Source: Opitutales bacterium
Lineage (GTDB): Bacteria; Verrucomicrobiota; Verrucomicrobiia; Opitutales; Seribacteraceae
Assembly (NCBI GenBank): GCA_038105525.1
Contig: JAYOCQ010000008.1
Span: forward strand, 10,509 to 74,508
Reading direction: 5' to 3'
Length of the DNA stretch: 64,000 nt
Below are positions 10,001 through 25,000 of the stretch, one piece after another. Below the pieces are notes generated by a model. The model was not told the origin of the DNA and did no database searches. It worked only from the letters and a program-made list of their open reading frames with translations. Position 1 is the first letter of the stretch. Each line of letters starts with the position of its first letter. The translations under genes were made by a program, and so were the position numbers.

Positions 10001-13000
10001 GATCCTTCCGATCATGCCTACGTCATGCGCATACCTGCCGGCGATCCGGACGGCGAACCCGCCTATGCCACCGACTACCAAGACACCTTCAGTCAGGCCC
10101 CCGATTACTTTGCATCCTCCCTGAGCACCGAATACACGGGAACCTGGCCGACCGGAGCAGTCATGGCTCGAGGAACCCTGAATTATGAAGCGATCAATCC
10201 CGGCCTCCTTTACCTTTACGCTGGGGGAGGCGGATGGTCCACCTTTTGGATCGACCGAAACCAGGACCAGGCATGGGACCGAGCCGAAGAGCGTCTGGTT
10301 CACAACGTAGGGGGTTGGAACACGGCCGCTTCCAATTCTCGAAGCCTGGTCTTCCTCGGACACCAGGTGCCCTTGGTCATGGCTCCCGGAATCGCTTCCG
10401 ATCATGGCTTGGCCATCGGAGCGAATCAAGCGATCGCTTCCTGGAGAGGTTTCTCCAAGGAAGGACGACAAGCCTACGAAGAGAAGGTTTTGAGCCCGGC
10501 AAAATGGCACCACGTCGCATCCACCTTCAATCACTCCAAAGGCAGATTGTCCACTTACCTTAACGGAAAACTGGTGGCCACCCTCGCTCTCGACCCGGAA
10601 TCCATCGAAGACATGAGGTGGGGCGATTGGTACTTGGGTGGACCGGGCGCCTATGGCAGCCAACAGTTTTTCGCAGGCAAGATGGATGACCTGCGCATCT
10701 ACGACGCCGCCCTTAGCCCCGATCAAATTCATGCGATCTACAACGGAGGAGAGGGAGACGTGGGTGTCGCCGGCTCATTGCAAGCTCCGGTTGTCACTCA
10801 GGATCAATCCTTTGAAATGACGCTTGAATTTTCCAAATTCGGTCAAGCGGCGCCGGTTTACGGACTCACCGAATCGGAAATCAATTCCAGCCTGACCAAC
10901 GCGGAGTTGGTCGCCGGTTCCTTCCTTTCCGAAGACGGCAACCTCAGCTTTTCGTTTTCGGTACTCTCTCAATCAGGAAAAGCAATCAGCTTCAACCTCC
11001 CCGCCGGAGCCGGAGAGTGGGAGGGCGAACCCACTTTGGCCGTAAAGAAGGAGGTGATGATTGTACCGGAGGTCTCGGAGGTGGAAAAGATCGTTCACTG
11101 GTGGTGGTTGGACGAAAGCCTGGGATCGACCGTATCCGACAGCATCAGTCCCGCACAAGGATCCTTGGGGGGAGATGCCTCCTGGTCCGCTGATTCCGTT
11201 ACCGGCACCGGAATCGCTTTTGGCGGTCCCGGAGATTTCGTCGACCTTGGACAACTGGACGCCAACCTCAGTCAGGATGCATTCAGCATATCAACCTGGT
11301 TTCGTCGCAACGAAGACACTTTCTATCGATCCCCTCAACAAGTGGGCAACGTCATGCTCTCCCTCTTCGGTTCCGAAAACGCCAGCCTGCAAATCGGATC
11401 CGCATCTTCGAGCATCGAGGTCTTTCTCAACACCCAAATTCATTCGGGTATGGTTCGCATCGAATCGGGAATCGACGACGGAGCCTGGAATCACCTGCTC
11501 ATGACCTACGATTCCGCTGCCCTGGACGGATACGAGCTCAAGCTCTATCTAAACGGCATCCTGGTCGGTGAAAGCGGCGATTTCGGAAAATCCATGATCA
11601 GCGACCCAGACTCCTCTTGGTTGATCGGTTCTCATTCACCCGATTACTCCGAATCAGGCAGGTTCGTTGGAATCATCGACGACCTACGCATTTACCAATC
11701 GGCCCTGGATGGGAACATGGCCCGGGAATTGTACAACCAAGGATCAAGCGACCTCAGCCTGACCATTGAGCCGCATGAATTCGACCCCATCTTCGACCCC
11801 GTTGATTTCGCCGAAATCAGCGTCGACTTGAAATTTCGCAAGTACGGATCCTTTCTCGATCTTGCCGAGGTGGAAATCCCGGACCTCAATTTCACCCTGC
11901 CCTCCCCCGATCAATATGCGGGAACCTTGGTTTGGCTCGACGGGTCCGACACCTCCAGCATGGACAAGTCCACCACGCAAGGAGGATCGGGACCGCCGAT
12001 CGATGGAGAAGCCGTCGGTTTCTGGGCTGATAAAAGCGACAACGGCCATCACGCGGTCCAGGTGTCGGGTTCGCCCGTATTCCGTTCGTCCCTTTTCGAC
12101 GGCGGGCTTCCCAGCGTCGAGACCCAGAATTCGCAATTTCAACTTACCGGAAGCGAAACGACCTTCGACGCCCTGGACCAAATGTCGCTTTTTCTCGTCT
12201 ATCGATGGACCGGGATCAACACTTGGAGAAGCATGATTTGGAAGGGAACCGGTTATGGGCACGGTTTCGTCGGCACCTTCTGTCTGGGGAAGATGAATTT
12301 GGGAGCGAACCAAGGTCTTGGAATCTGGTACTACGATGGCTCTAGCGGTAAAATCAAGCAGCACGGATTCTCCGGCACTTATGCGGATCAGACCGCTCGC
12401 TTGCTCTCCCTGGTGTATGACGGAAACACACGCACGAGCACCATTTGGGCGGACGGCACGATCGCCTCCACCAGTACGGGTGTGTACAACCCCCTTCCCT
12501 CTTCCGCCGGCATACCCGTGAAACTGGGAGACTACCCGAGCGGAAGCGCCAATCGGTTTGCCGAGGTCGTAATTCTAGATGAGGCCCTCTCATCGGACCA
12601 AAGACAAATGCTCGAAGGATACCTCTCGCAGAAGTGGAAAATGACCGATCAACTGCCCGAGGAACATCCTTACCTTTCGGTTTTCCCAAACCTGCTCATC
12701 AAGGACATGTTCAACGACGAGGTCAAGACCCTGGAAGTGGAAAAAAGCGAAGACAATTCCAGCCTGCGCATCCGATTTTCCCCGGAACGAACGCCTAACA
12801 GGTTCACCCTTTTCATCGGATCGGGACTCGGCAAGGACCAAAACGGAATGGTCAATGAGCCCATGAGCCTGGAGTTGTCCTACGGTCGGCCGGTCACTCG
12901 TCTGGACGCCTTGTCGTCATGGTGGTCCTTCGACGACCAAAACCCCGATGAAGCAACCGAATTCTTCGGTCGTTTTCCTGGAGTGTTCATCGGAAACGTC

Positions 13001-16000
13001 ATCGACGACACCAACTACGACGTCACTTATGCTCCCGGGTTGTTCGGAAGCGCCCTCGATTTCCCGGACAACAGTTGGGTGAAAACTTCCGGTTCCGCCA
13101 GCGGCTTGGGAATTTCCGGCGATAACCCGCGTACCGTTTCCCTGTGGATCAAGGTCAGGAATGCAAACGACTGGAACAACCGGGTGATCTATGCCTTGGG
13201 CAATCGAGCGGGCAACCGAGGAGGAACGGGAACCGGTTGGGGATTGAAAGGCATCTGGGGAGGTTGGTCCTGGATGAAGTCCTTCTACAACCCCCAAAAC
13301 CAAAGCAACGATTTCAAGCAACCGGGAGGTTTTTACGAGAAATGGACGCACTTGGCCCACGTTTACGACGGTAAAGCGGTATCGATATTCGTCAACGGAA
13401 CCTTGAGGGGCAGCTTCTCCAGAGCAGGCCTCAACACGCAAAGCAGAATCACCCTGACCCTGGGGCACTTCGACGATACGACCAGGGGTTGGACAAACGG
13501 AAACTTCGTCGGATTGATGGATGAGGTCCGAGTCTACGCCGCGGCCCTAAATCCCGAAGAGATCCTGCAACTCTACGGCGACGGGACCGGCGACCTCTCC
13601 ATTCGGCCGAAGCTTCGGATCGATCCGGTGATCGAAGGGATCCAATCCACCGGCAGCGTTTCCTTCGAAAGAAACGGGAAACCGCTTTCTCTGGATTCCC
13701 TTGGTTCCTCCGACCTCTCGGTCGACAACGGTTCGATCGTCGATGGGTCGCTCCATTCCGAGGACAACTACACCTGGCATTTTGCCTTCAGCCTTGAGGA
13801 AGAGAACCTCGCTTCCGAGGTTTCCGTAAACGTCGGAGCCCTGACCGATGGCTACGGAGAGTCAAGCAAGTCGACCTCATCCACGACGGTGAAAATGTAT
13901 CGGTCCGTGACACGAGGACAGGATTTGGACGCATGGTGGTCCTTTGATCGAGACGATCCTTCGGGCAACGAAGTTTTCAGTGATGCCGGCGACGGCACTC
14001 GAGCCGTGTTGTACGACGCAGCGGTTTCATCGAAAGGCAGATTTGGCCCCGGGCTCGAATTCGATCGTTCAAGTGACGACGGCAGAATGAAGATCGATCC
14101 GAACGGCCTTGCCTTGAATTCAACCGGATGGTCGTTGACCGTTTGGGCAAAGGATCTGTCTCCTCCTAAACACGATGGCAAAAGCACCCTGTTTCGCGGA
14201 CAGGACAGGCAAGCGGAGGTGGAATTCGATCACTACTTCCTTTATCACGGCTCCGATCGCCTGCTGGGATTCATCGACGGAGACCAGGAGGATGAATCCC
14301 TGCGCTTCAAATCCAGCTCCTACGCCCTGAATCCAATGACTTTGCTTGGTTGGAATCATTTTTCGGTGGTCGGGGAATCCCAGCGCATTCGCTTCTTCGT
14401 AAACGGCGTCTTCGTGGGCGAGAGTTCCGCCAGAGATCAAAGCGATCTCTACTACGTAGGCAACTCCAGCGGAAACGAAAGATTCGCCGACTTCCTGGAC
14501 GACCTGCGAATTTATCGAATCCCCCTGAGCGCCACGGAGGTCGGTTCCATCTATGGAGGAGGCTTCGGGGATGGCTTCGCCTCGCTCAAAGTCGAGGAAA
14601 ACTCCACCATGGGGGAATCTCCCAGAAAATTTCGCCTCCTCTTCGGCATGGACGGAAAATCGGTTTCGGCAAACGGTCTCTTCAACGAGGGCATTTCGCT
14701 CAGTCATGGCTCGATCGCTCAACTCCAAACGAGTGAAGACAACTCATCCTATCTGCTATCGGTCACACCGGACCAAACCAAGATCAGTCATTCCCTGCTG
14801 CTCCCCGACAAACCCGTTCGCTTCGGCGACTTGACTCTCTGGTTGGATGCCAGTGATCCTTCGGCCGGTCAATATGACTTCAACTCGAAAGCCACCCTTT
14901 GGCTGGATGCCAGCGACTCATCGTCCATCTCCCTCACCGGAGCCAACGAAATCGACACTTGGACCAACAAAATCGACCCTGCGGTAAAACTGCACGGCGA
15001 CGCCAACTACAAGCCCAACCTGGTTGCCTCTTGGCTGAACGGGTTGGACGGAATCAACTTCGATCATGCCTCAGGAAACTACGAGCGCATGTCGGCGAAA
15101 AAGAACGGCTCCAGCAATTGGAGCGCCCTGAGCGAGGACGGATCGGTCAGCGGCACCTATTCCGACGTCTCCTTCTTCGTGGTTTTGCAGCAGGATACGC
15201 TCGTGCGCACCTCTTGGCCGTTCGGATTGGGTTGGGGCGGGCATTTCCCATGGCAAAACGGTTCCGTCTTCATGGACACGCCCACCCGCATAAGCGGACG
15301 ATTCTTCTACGCCGGATCTCCCATCGTCTTTTCGGGCTATTATTCCAATCAGGAATCGACCCGAGAGTTTCACCAGAACGGCTTGTTGCGGATGTCCGCC
15401 GAAAACGTCGATCTTAGAAACGCCGGTCATTTCACCTTCCCCGCCTCTGCATGGAATCAATACGATGCCAAGGTGGGTGAAATGATCTTTCTAATCGGCA
15501 CGATGACCGACGACGAACGACAAGCCTTCGAAGGTTACTTGTCACATAAATGGGGATTGAACGCCAACCTGCAAAGCAGTCATTTGTACTTCGACTCGCC
15601 CCCGAAAACCGTCGAGGGCGACACCTGGACTCCCGCCCTTCCCATGAGCAAGATCTACTGGATGGACAAAGGATCCTTCCGCAACCATGCCAAAGCGCGC
15701 GGATCGCCCACCTACGTGGAAAACGCCCAAAACGCGCTGCCTCTGATGAGATACGGTGGAAACGACGGCGAATACCACGAGTGGAATAGAATCTCCGATA
15801 TCCGCACCGTCTTCTGGGTGGTAAGTAAAACCGGAACCGAAACCCATCGTTTTCTGCTTGGCGACTCCTCCAGTTACGACTTTCACACCAGCGGAAACAC
15901 CTTCTGGAACTCCACCGCCAACGACGACGTCGAAAACGGTTCCCTTCGCCTCAACGGCTCGAACGTCAACGGAAACGTAACGAACCTGCCCTCGAACCTG

Positions 16001-19000
16001 TCCGTGATCTCCTTGCGAACTACCGGCCCGGTGGCCGCATCGAATTTTTCCAACGATCGAAACATCAACGGAAGAACCTGGTCGGGAGACCTTGGAGAGC
16101 TTCTCGTTTACAACCGGGACTTGAGCGACCACGAGATCGACTACCTCGAGGGATACCTCGCCCACAAATGGGGGCTTGAAGAGCAGCTTCCTGCCTCCCA
16201 CCCATACCGGACGACTGCGCCTGCTTACTCGTTGGGCGAAAGCTTTACTTATGGAGATCAAAAGGAGGTAGAGCCCTTTCATTACACTTTCCTTCATCAC
16301 TTTCCGGCATCTTTCGAAGACGACTTGGCAAGTCGTTGGAGTTTCGATGATTTCGACGAGGATTCCGCTGGAGCGTTCTGGGTGCCCGATTTGGCCAAGG
16401 GAAGAAACCATGGAAAATTGGTGGGCGACGCATCCTTGGTCGAAGGGAAGTTCGGAAAGGCGCTCCTCCTGGACGGCTCGGGCGACTACCTGGAACTACC
16501 GTCCTTCCGCGGTGCCTACAAGGCTAGAAATCTGTCTCTGGCCGCCTGGTTCAAGCTGGGCAAGATAGGCTCCTCCGAAGATGAAGACGATGCGACCATT
16601 CTTTCCTTCGACGGCAACTCGATCACGCATGGGCGCCTTTGGTACGACGTCAATGCCGACGGCGTGGGAAACAACACCTTCTCATTCAACCTCGGCTCGC
16701 CCTCCGTCACTTACAACCGAGCAAGCGCCAGCGACGGCTTGGCTGCGGCTGACAAATGGCAATTGCTCGTCGCGGTGATGAATCAGGACCAACGATCCCT
16801 TTACCTCAACGGCAACCTGGTCGGTGAATCCAGTTCGCCTACCTCGACCGTCACCTTTGAAGGATCAAAGGGCCGCATCGGTTCTTGGGACGAAGACCCA
16901 ACCGGCGAATTCATGGGAATGATCGATGAGCTTCGCCTTTATGAAACCGCGCTTTCTTCGGCTCAGATCGAAACACTCTGGAATTCGGGTTCCGGTGACC
17001 TTGGACTGGTTCCCGTGATCGACCTCGCGACCGCCCAGGCCGCTTACGAAGTCAACGGAACCATTCGCTTTTACCAAGCCGGAACCCAGGTTTCGGTAAG
17101 CGGATTCGATTCTTCCAAACTCAGCCTCAAGGGCGCCGCCCTTGATTCCTTCGCATCGGACGGTTCGGGAGGTTACCTGATCTCCCTGATCCCCAACCGA
17201 CCGGGCATTCCCCTGACGATCGAAGTGGATGGTTCGGGAATCACCGGACCCGACGGCTCGGCGAGCGCCGACAACCTCAACCGGTTGACCGCCGGCCAAC
17301 GGCTCACGGCGCAGGAAAACCTGGCTCTTCGATATGCATTCGAAGGAAACGAGTCCCTGCAGGTCATGGATCTTTCCACCAGGCAAATCGACGCTTTTCG
17401 CCTCGGAGGAACCTTGCAGCCCGGAAAATTCTCCCGTTCCCTTTCCCTCTTGCCTGGAAATTTTCTTCTTGTTTCCGGCAAGGACTTCTCCTTCAACCAA
17501 TCCTTTTCCGCATCCCTTTGGGCAAAAATCGGAGAGGACGACCAAGGCTTGATCTTCGGCAACGGGCAAGCGCGTCTGGAATACCACGACGACCTTACGA
17601 TTCGCGGATACGCCCGCATCAACGGATCATGGACGGAAACCCATGCCCCTGCTTCCTTCGGCAAGTGGAGTCATTACGCTCTTGTTCGGGGCCCGGAAAC
17701 GTTGAGCCTGTACCTAAACTCAAGCCTTTTGCATCAAGTCGATGCGGTCGGTTCGCTGGGATGGGAAAACGACGACGACAAGGACCTTTACCTCGGAACC
17801 TCATATCCGCAGCAACCAGGAATGGAAGGGCGTTTCGAACTGGACGAATTCCGCATCTATGACCGGGCATTGTCATCCGATGAAATACTGCTTCTTTATG
17901 GATCCGGGGCAGGAGACAACGGAATCGTACCGATTGTTTCGGGACCCTCGCCTTTTGCGACGAATCCCTCCGAACATTCGATCTCCTTTCGCCTGTTCGG
18001 GTCGCAGATCGAGGCTTCCGGTTTGGACTCGTCCGAAATCAACGCCAGCGGAGCAACCATCCTCAACTTCGATTCCGGCGATCTTTCCTACGACCTCAAC
18101 TCCTCCGATCTGGATTCGGTCTCGCGAATCGAGATTCCTCACGGAGCGATCGAATTGGATGGAAACCTCAGTCAGGCGACCGCATTCGAATTCCACCATC
18201 GCCCCATCACTTCGACCGAAAACGGATTGATCGCCTGGTATGCTTTCGACGACCTCGAAGGATCCAAGATCAAGGATCGTTCGGGCAACCTCAGACATGG
18301 AACCTACCTGAACGCAGACGCAACCATACCGGGTGGAGGAAACCTCGTGTCTTCGGAAATCGCCGATACCTCGTACGACAAATCGAACGCGTTTGACGAC
18401 AACCTCGAAAACGCCGACGACAAATGGTTGGCCAACTGGGATGGCGTTCCCCTTTTCATTCGCTACGACTTCGGCGCTCCCACCGAAATTGCCAGTTATG
18501 CGATTCACTCTCAAAATGCGGACGAAGAGATAAAGTCCCCGAAATCCTGGACTCTCCACGGATCCAATGACGATTCCTCATGGGTGATGCTCGACGAAGT
18601 AACGGGGCAGGCAAATTGGGGAGAATGGGAAAGACGAACCTTCAGTCTCAGCCAAACTCATGAATATCGTTACTACAAATTGACCTTTGCCGAAACCACG
18701 GGCGGCAACCTGCCCACTGAAATTCATGATTCGTATCTTTGGTTGGATGGTTCCGACGAAGACTCTCTCGTACAATCGGCCAATGTCATCAGCGAATGGA
18801 AGGACAAAAGTCGTTTTGATCATCGTTTTCTCGCTGTTGGAGACCCTCGCGTCAACACCCGGTTTCACCACTCCGAAAAAGTCGTCGATTTGGATGGCAA
18901 CGATTATTTCGAGTCGGTGAATCCCTTTGCAACGGGCAATGATTTTTCCCTTTTGATGGTTGCGGGCATCGATTCAATCAACAGTCCTTATGACGCCTTG

Positions 19001-22000
19001 TTTTCAGTCAGACAGGCGGCCGGACACCCGAGCTTCCAAATTGACGCAGCCGACGCATCCTCCTTCTTCGTCAGGTTCTGGAACAGCAACATGGCTCCGA
19101 ATTACGTTTTCTCATCAGAAGCAATACCCGGCCCCGCCCTGTACGAGTTCGTCTTTGACGACTCGGCCAACTCACTCGAAGCATTCGTTGACGGAAACAG
19201 TTTGGGCGCCACTTCCTACAACACGGCTCCCAATCAGTTGAACACTCTTGCTCTCTTTTCAAACCGTAACCGAGATTCGTTCGTCGATGGTTTCATCGCG
19301 GAAATGATCGGCGTCAAAACCGCCCTCAGTTCATCGGATAGGAGAAAACTGGAGGGCTACCTCGCTCACAAGTGGGGCTTGGTCGATCAATTGCCCAGCG
19401 GACACCCCTACACTTACCTCTCGATCGGAGAAATCGAGTTCTTCCCTCCTCCGCCCTCGCAAAGCGGTCTTTTCGGCAACGCTCTCTCGTTAAACGGAGA
19501 ATCGATCGCCCTGCCTTTCCGAATCGATCAATCGGCAAACTCTGACGGCATGTCGGTCAGCCTTTGGGTTCGTCCGGATTCGGTGACCGGCCCCGGCAAT
19601 GCTCCCTTGATTCTGCTCTCATCGGAGAACGGGGGCAATGACTGGTCCTTGGGATTCAAGTCCGGCTTTCCCTTCGCACGCACCGGCTCCTTGGAACTGA
19701 CCACCCCGCAGCAGGTGTTTGCCGGCGAGTGGTCGCACGTCGTGGGAGTTTTCGATCCCAACGGCGGAAAGACCCGTATCCATCTAAACGGATCTCCCTC
19801 CACCCTCAATTCCCTTGGTTTCGATTCCTCCTCCTCACGTTTGATGATCGGTTCCGACCAAGAAGTGGACAACGCCTTCAGCGGAAGGATCGACGATTTG
19901 CGCATATGGAACCGAGCCCTTTCCGTGGAAGAGGCTCTGCTTCTTTACGGCAACGGCCTGGGTGACCTGGGACCACGAGCCGAGTTCACCGTTCAAAGTC
20001 CGGTTTACCGGTCCGAATTCGAAGGAACGCTGCGTTTCAACCAAGCGGTCGATGGATTCGACGGTTCCTCCGACCTCTCGCTTGCCGGACTGACTCTCTT
20101 GAACTGGGAAACCGAAGACAATCGCACCTTTTCGTTGAGCCTTCGACCAAATTCTTATTCCCCCGCGTCCCTCGGGATCACACTGATAGAGGATTCGGTC
20201 TCGGATGCGCTGGGAATGACCAATTCGGAACTTTCTCTTGCGATCGACTACCGGACTCACCGTGTCGCCGAATCCGATCTTCTTCTGTGGTGGAAACTCG
20301 ACGAGACGACCGGCTCGACGGTTTCCGATTCCTCCGGAAACGGGCGCAGCGGACACTCCTCGAATCCGGACTGGAACACCACCAGCAAATTCGGCTCCTC
20401 CTCTCTTTCCTTCGACGCCGCCTCAGGCCGAGCGGTCACCCACGCAGGTTTGAGCAAGGATTATCAGGGTATCACGCTTTCGGTCTGGGTTTATCCAAAG
20501 AGCGAAACCTTTCATCTCTTTCATTCGGATGGCTCCAATCCATCCCTATCGCTGCTTTTGGAAAATCGGCGGCTTGTCTTCGCCATGGAAGGACTCGATC
20601 CTCAATACCTGCTCGGCGGCCCCATCGATCAAGTTCACGGTCGGGCAACCCTCCCTCAAAACTCGTGGTCTCATCTTGCCCTGACCTACGACCTCGAAAC
20701 CAGACGAGTCGGTATCTTCATCGACGGCAAAGCGGATATTGAATCCAGTTTCTCCTGCGACCTACCCTTTCCCCTGAGCAGTCCTTTCCGCTTGGGCCCT
20801 CCCGATTCCATCGACACCACCTTCGGAGAGGTAGACGACTTTCGCCTCTACTCCCGTCCATTGGATGCCTCGGAAATCGAAGCGATTCACGGAGAAGGAA
20901 TGGGAGACTTCAACCATTCGCAGATCATCCTGTCTCATTCACCGGACTATGAACTCCCCATTCTGGTCACCGCCCGATTCCTCAAGGATGGATATCCGGT
21001 CGACCTGAACGAAACTTTCGGATCCGAAGACGTCTCGGTCTCTTCCGGATCGGCAACCATTGATTCCATAACCAGGCAATCGGTCGGAAACTACCTCTTG
21101 TCGATCCACCCCACCGACGACGCCTCGCCCGGCGACTTCACCCTTTCCATCGATGGATCGGGCATAAATTCGGCGCATTTCCTGGAATCCTTCCCCGATG
21201 CCGATCTTGCCATCTCTTACAGCCCGCCGATACCAGCCTTTATCTCCCCGGAAATCTCACGCTGGACTCGAGGCATTCATTCCGAGTTTCAAATCGAAAC
21301 TCAGGGAAGCCTCTCTGTGTCCGTCAGCGGAATGCCCGAATGGATGGAGTTCAATTCCACCACGGGAATACTCAGCGGTTCTCCGATCGACGGAAATTCC
21401 TCGAGTTTCTCAATCACTGCGTCCAACCCCGCTCACTCAACCGAACAGACCCATTCGGCGGAGGTTTTCGATCCCTCCGCCTTCGGATCTTTTCTCGAAC
21501 TGCTCCCGGGTGGGCCTTTCTCCTCTTCCGCTCCCAAGAACCTGCCCGGTATGATCGCTCGTTACGATGCCTCCGTTCTTCTCGAAGAAAACGGGTCGAA
21601 GATCCATTCCTGGAGCGACACTTCAGGCAACGGCAGACACCTGGACCAATACCGAGGCGATCCGACCGTCGTCCTCAACCCGCAACTGGGCAATCGCAAG
21701 GTCGTTCGTTTCGATGGTTTTTCTCAACTTCATTCGAGCATCGAGATCGGAAAGCTGATCGAAGAATACACTCTCGTCGCTCTGTTACGACACACCGGGG
21801 GTGACGACGACCTGGTCCTTGCTTCCATCGGCAGCGAATGGGCTTTCGGATTGGGCCAAGGCAAGTCGGCCTATTGGAAGATGGGAGTCGACCTGTTGGG
21901 ATCGGCTCCCTCTTCGGACACCGATTGGCACCTGATCTCAGGAGTCGTGGATTCATCGCAGGTTCTGCTCTGGAGAGACGGCTTTCTTCTTCACAGCGGC

Positions 22001-25000
22001 GACTTGCCCGGCAACGAACATCAGGAACCCCGTCTCTTTGCCGTCGGAGGAGCTCAGGCAAACGAAGATTTCTCCCAATCGGAAGTCGCCGAGGTCATTC
22101 TCTACGATCGTTCGCTCGCCACCTCGGAACGCCTGTTGGTTGAAGATCATTTGCGCTTCAAGTGGATGAACGAAGGACTCTCCGACTTTCCGATGCTGGT
22201 ACGCCTGAGCGCCGGCAACCATCCCGAATTTTCACTCGATACCTTCGCCGACCCCAGCGCCGGAGCGGACTTGCGCATGCGCGATCAGCTCGGAAGGGAA
22301 TTGCCCTACGAAATCGACGAGTGGAACGCATCCGGGGGTGAATCAACCCTGTGGGTGAAAACCATGCAACCGAGCGTCGACCTTCGCATCTTCGCCTATT
22401 GGGGAAATGAAGGCAACCTCTCCGTACCCCCTTACCGCTCGAACGGAGCAGTCTGGACCGACTACGCCGGGGTTTGGCATTTTTCCGACTATTCGGACGC
22501 CAGCAAGAACCTTTCAGCCATATCCGCCAGCGGAACTCCGCAAATCAATCCATCCGGAGTCAGCGGTAGTCATCTGACGCTAGACGGGAGCGGGGACTAC
22601 CTCCATCATTCGGGCTTTTCGGCGCTGGAATCCGATGCCGCTCGTTCCGTCGAATCATGGGTATACTCCACCCAATCGAGCTCCGGTCTGCTTGGCTGGG
22701 GAACCTCCGGAAACAGGTGGAACATGGGCTGGAACGCTCAGGGCCCCATTGTGGAAACCGAAAACGCAGGCGGTTCTCGCCAAGGAGCGGGCATGGTTGG
22801 AACCGGCATCTGGTCCCACCTGCTGGTCAGCTACACCGGAAACGGCAGCGACCTCAATCAAACACGCATCTATTTGAACGGTCGTCTGGTCGACGCTCCC
22901 GCTTCCTCGGTGGACGGAACGGTGAACACTGGTTCCGGAAACGACCTGATCATCGGCGCTCTTGCCGATACGACCTCCCCCTTGAGCGGCGGTCTTGACG
23001 AAATTCGGCTTTCCACGACTCCCAGAAGTCACGCTTGGGCTCGTCTCTCCTATGAAAGTCAGCGTCCCGATCAAAACTTCTTCACTCAAAGGATCGAACA
23101 CCTGCAGGCGCCCTCTCTTCCCTCCGACCTGAACCTGACGCTGGTAAACGGCCAATCGGCATTTTTTCAGTTACGCAGCCAACCACCCGCCGCATACTAT
23201 TCCTTGAGCGGCATTTTGCCCGGCGGTCTATCCTTCAACCCGGCAACGGGAATCATCAGCGGCGCGCCCTCCGAAACCGGATCCTTCGAACTCAATGCCA
23301 CCGCCGCCAACGGAGCCGGAAGTTCGACCACTCGAATGACTCTTGTTTCCCAAGAAACCATCGATTCGCCGATTCTGGAGGCAGGCGGCGCCCAAAAAGT
23401 CGAAGGCAGATCGGTTCGACTTCTCGGAGAACTCCTTTCCAGTGGCGGAGCCTCCTGCTCGATCACCATCCATTACGGTGGCGAGGACCGAAACCAAAGC
23501 GTCGAATCATGGGATCACTCCCTTGATCTGGGCTCCTTTGACCAAGGAATCATTTCCGTATGGCTGTCCGGCCTGGAGAGTGGAAAGCAATATTTCTATC
23601 GATTCAAAGCAGACAACTCTCAAATCGGATGGTCCGACCTGGGCTCCTTCTCCACCCTACCCTACGACCAGGGGACGCTTCGGCTGCATACCGGTTCCAA
23701 CGAGTCGGGAATCGATTCCGGACTTTTTTGGGACAAAGGCTTGGGCGCAGGCGAGGTAAAGATTCTCGCTCCCACCTTCGAGCAGTCTCTCCATTTCGCT
23801 CCGGACGGAACCTCTTGGACGCTGACCAAGGCCGTCTTTTCCTTTTCAAACGATCTCGTTCTTGGATCAAATCTCGAACAAATCATCTTGGAAGGAGTAA
23901 ATGCTCTCGTCGTTAAGGTAAGCGGAGACGCAACCATCGGCAAAAACCTCATCGGATCACCCTCTCCTTCCGTCCCGCACCTCGCCGGCAGCTTTCTCAG
24001 AGACGGACACGACGCCTACTATGCGGACGACCTGACTCGCGGAACCCGTTCCGGAGTTGGAAGCCTTGGCGGCTATTCCGGGTCTCAAGGACCCGGCAAG
24101 GGCCTCTCCTCCGGATCCTCTCGGGCCGGAGGCGCATCCGGAGGCGGTGGATCCTATGGAGGAGAAGGAGGACCAGGAGCATCCGGAGCAGCTGGCATTC
24201 AATATGGATCCGCCGGGCTGGAAAACTTGTTCGGCGGGTCGGGAGGAGGATCGGGAAACCTAGGGGATGCCGGTGCGGGCGGAGGGGCCATCGAGATCAA
24301 CGCCACCGGGAAAATCACCGTTTTGCCCGGGGTTCGCATCTCCATGCGCGGCGGCTCGGTATTCGTACACCCCGATGTGGGCGCCAATTTCTCGGGTGGG
24401 GCGGGCTCCGGCGGAGCGATCCGCTTGCTTGGATCGTCCATCGAAAACCTCGGTTCCCTTGACGTTCGCGGAGGAGACGCATCGGGAGCGGATCCGCGGG
24501 AACCCGGGGCTCGCTTTCTGCGCCATGCCGGAGGAGCTGGAGGCGGAGGAAGAATCGCCCTGCTTTCCGACGGATCGATCCTAACCGGGGAGACCTGGAC
24601 CGAAGGAGGTCGGGGCAATGGTGACGCTCTGGCCGGAAATCCCGGAACTTTGTACCTGGGTCCAATCGCTTTGCCCACCCCGATCGATCTGAACTTGAGT
24701 TCAGGCACCCTGGTGTTCGATACCGCGGGATCCTGGAGCCATTCATCCGGACTCAGTGGAAAGGGCGAGACCATTGAGTCCTTCCTTGAAGTTTCCAACC
24801 GACCCTTCGGCTACGGAATTTGCGAATTTTCCTTCCGCAACCTCATCCTCGGACCGGAGGTATCCGTGCTCATCCGTGGAAGAAACGCCCTTCGTTTGAA
24901 CGTCGAGCAAAACGCCTCCCTCGGCGCGAATTTCTCCCTTAACGGCAGAAGCGGCGACTCGGGTGCGTACTCCGGGACGGGAGGCCCAGGCGGATGGTCT

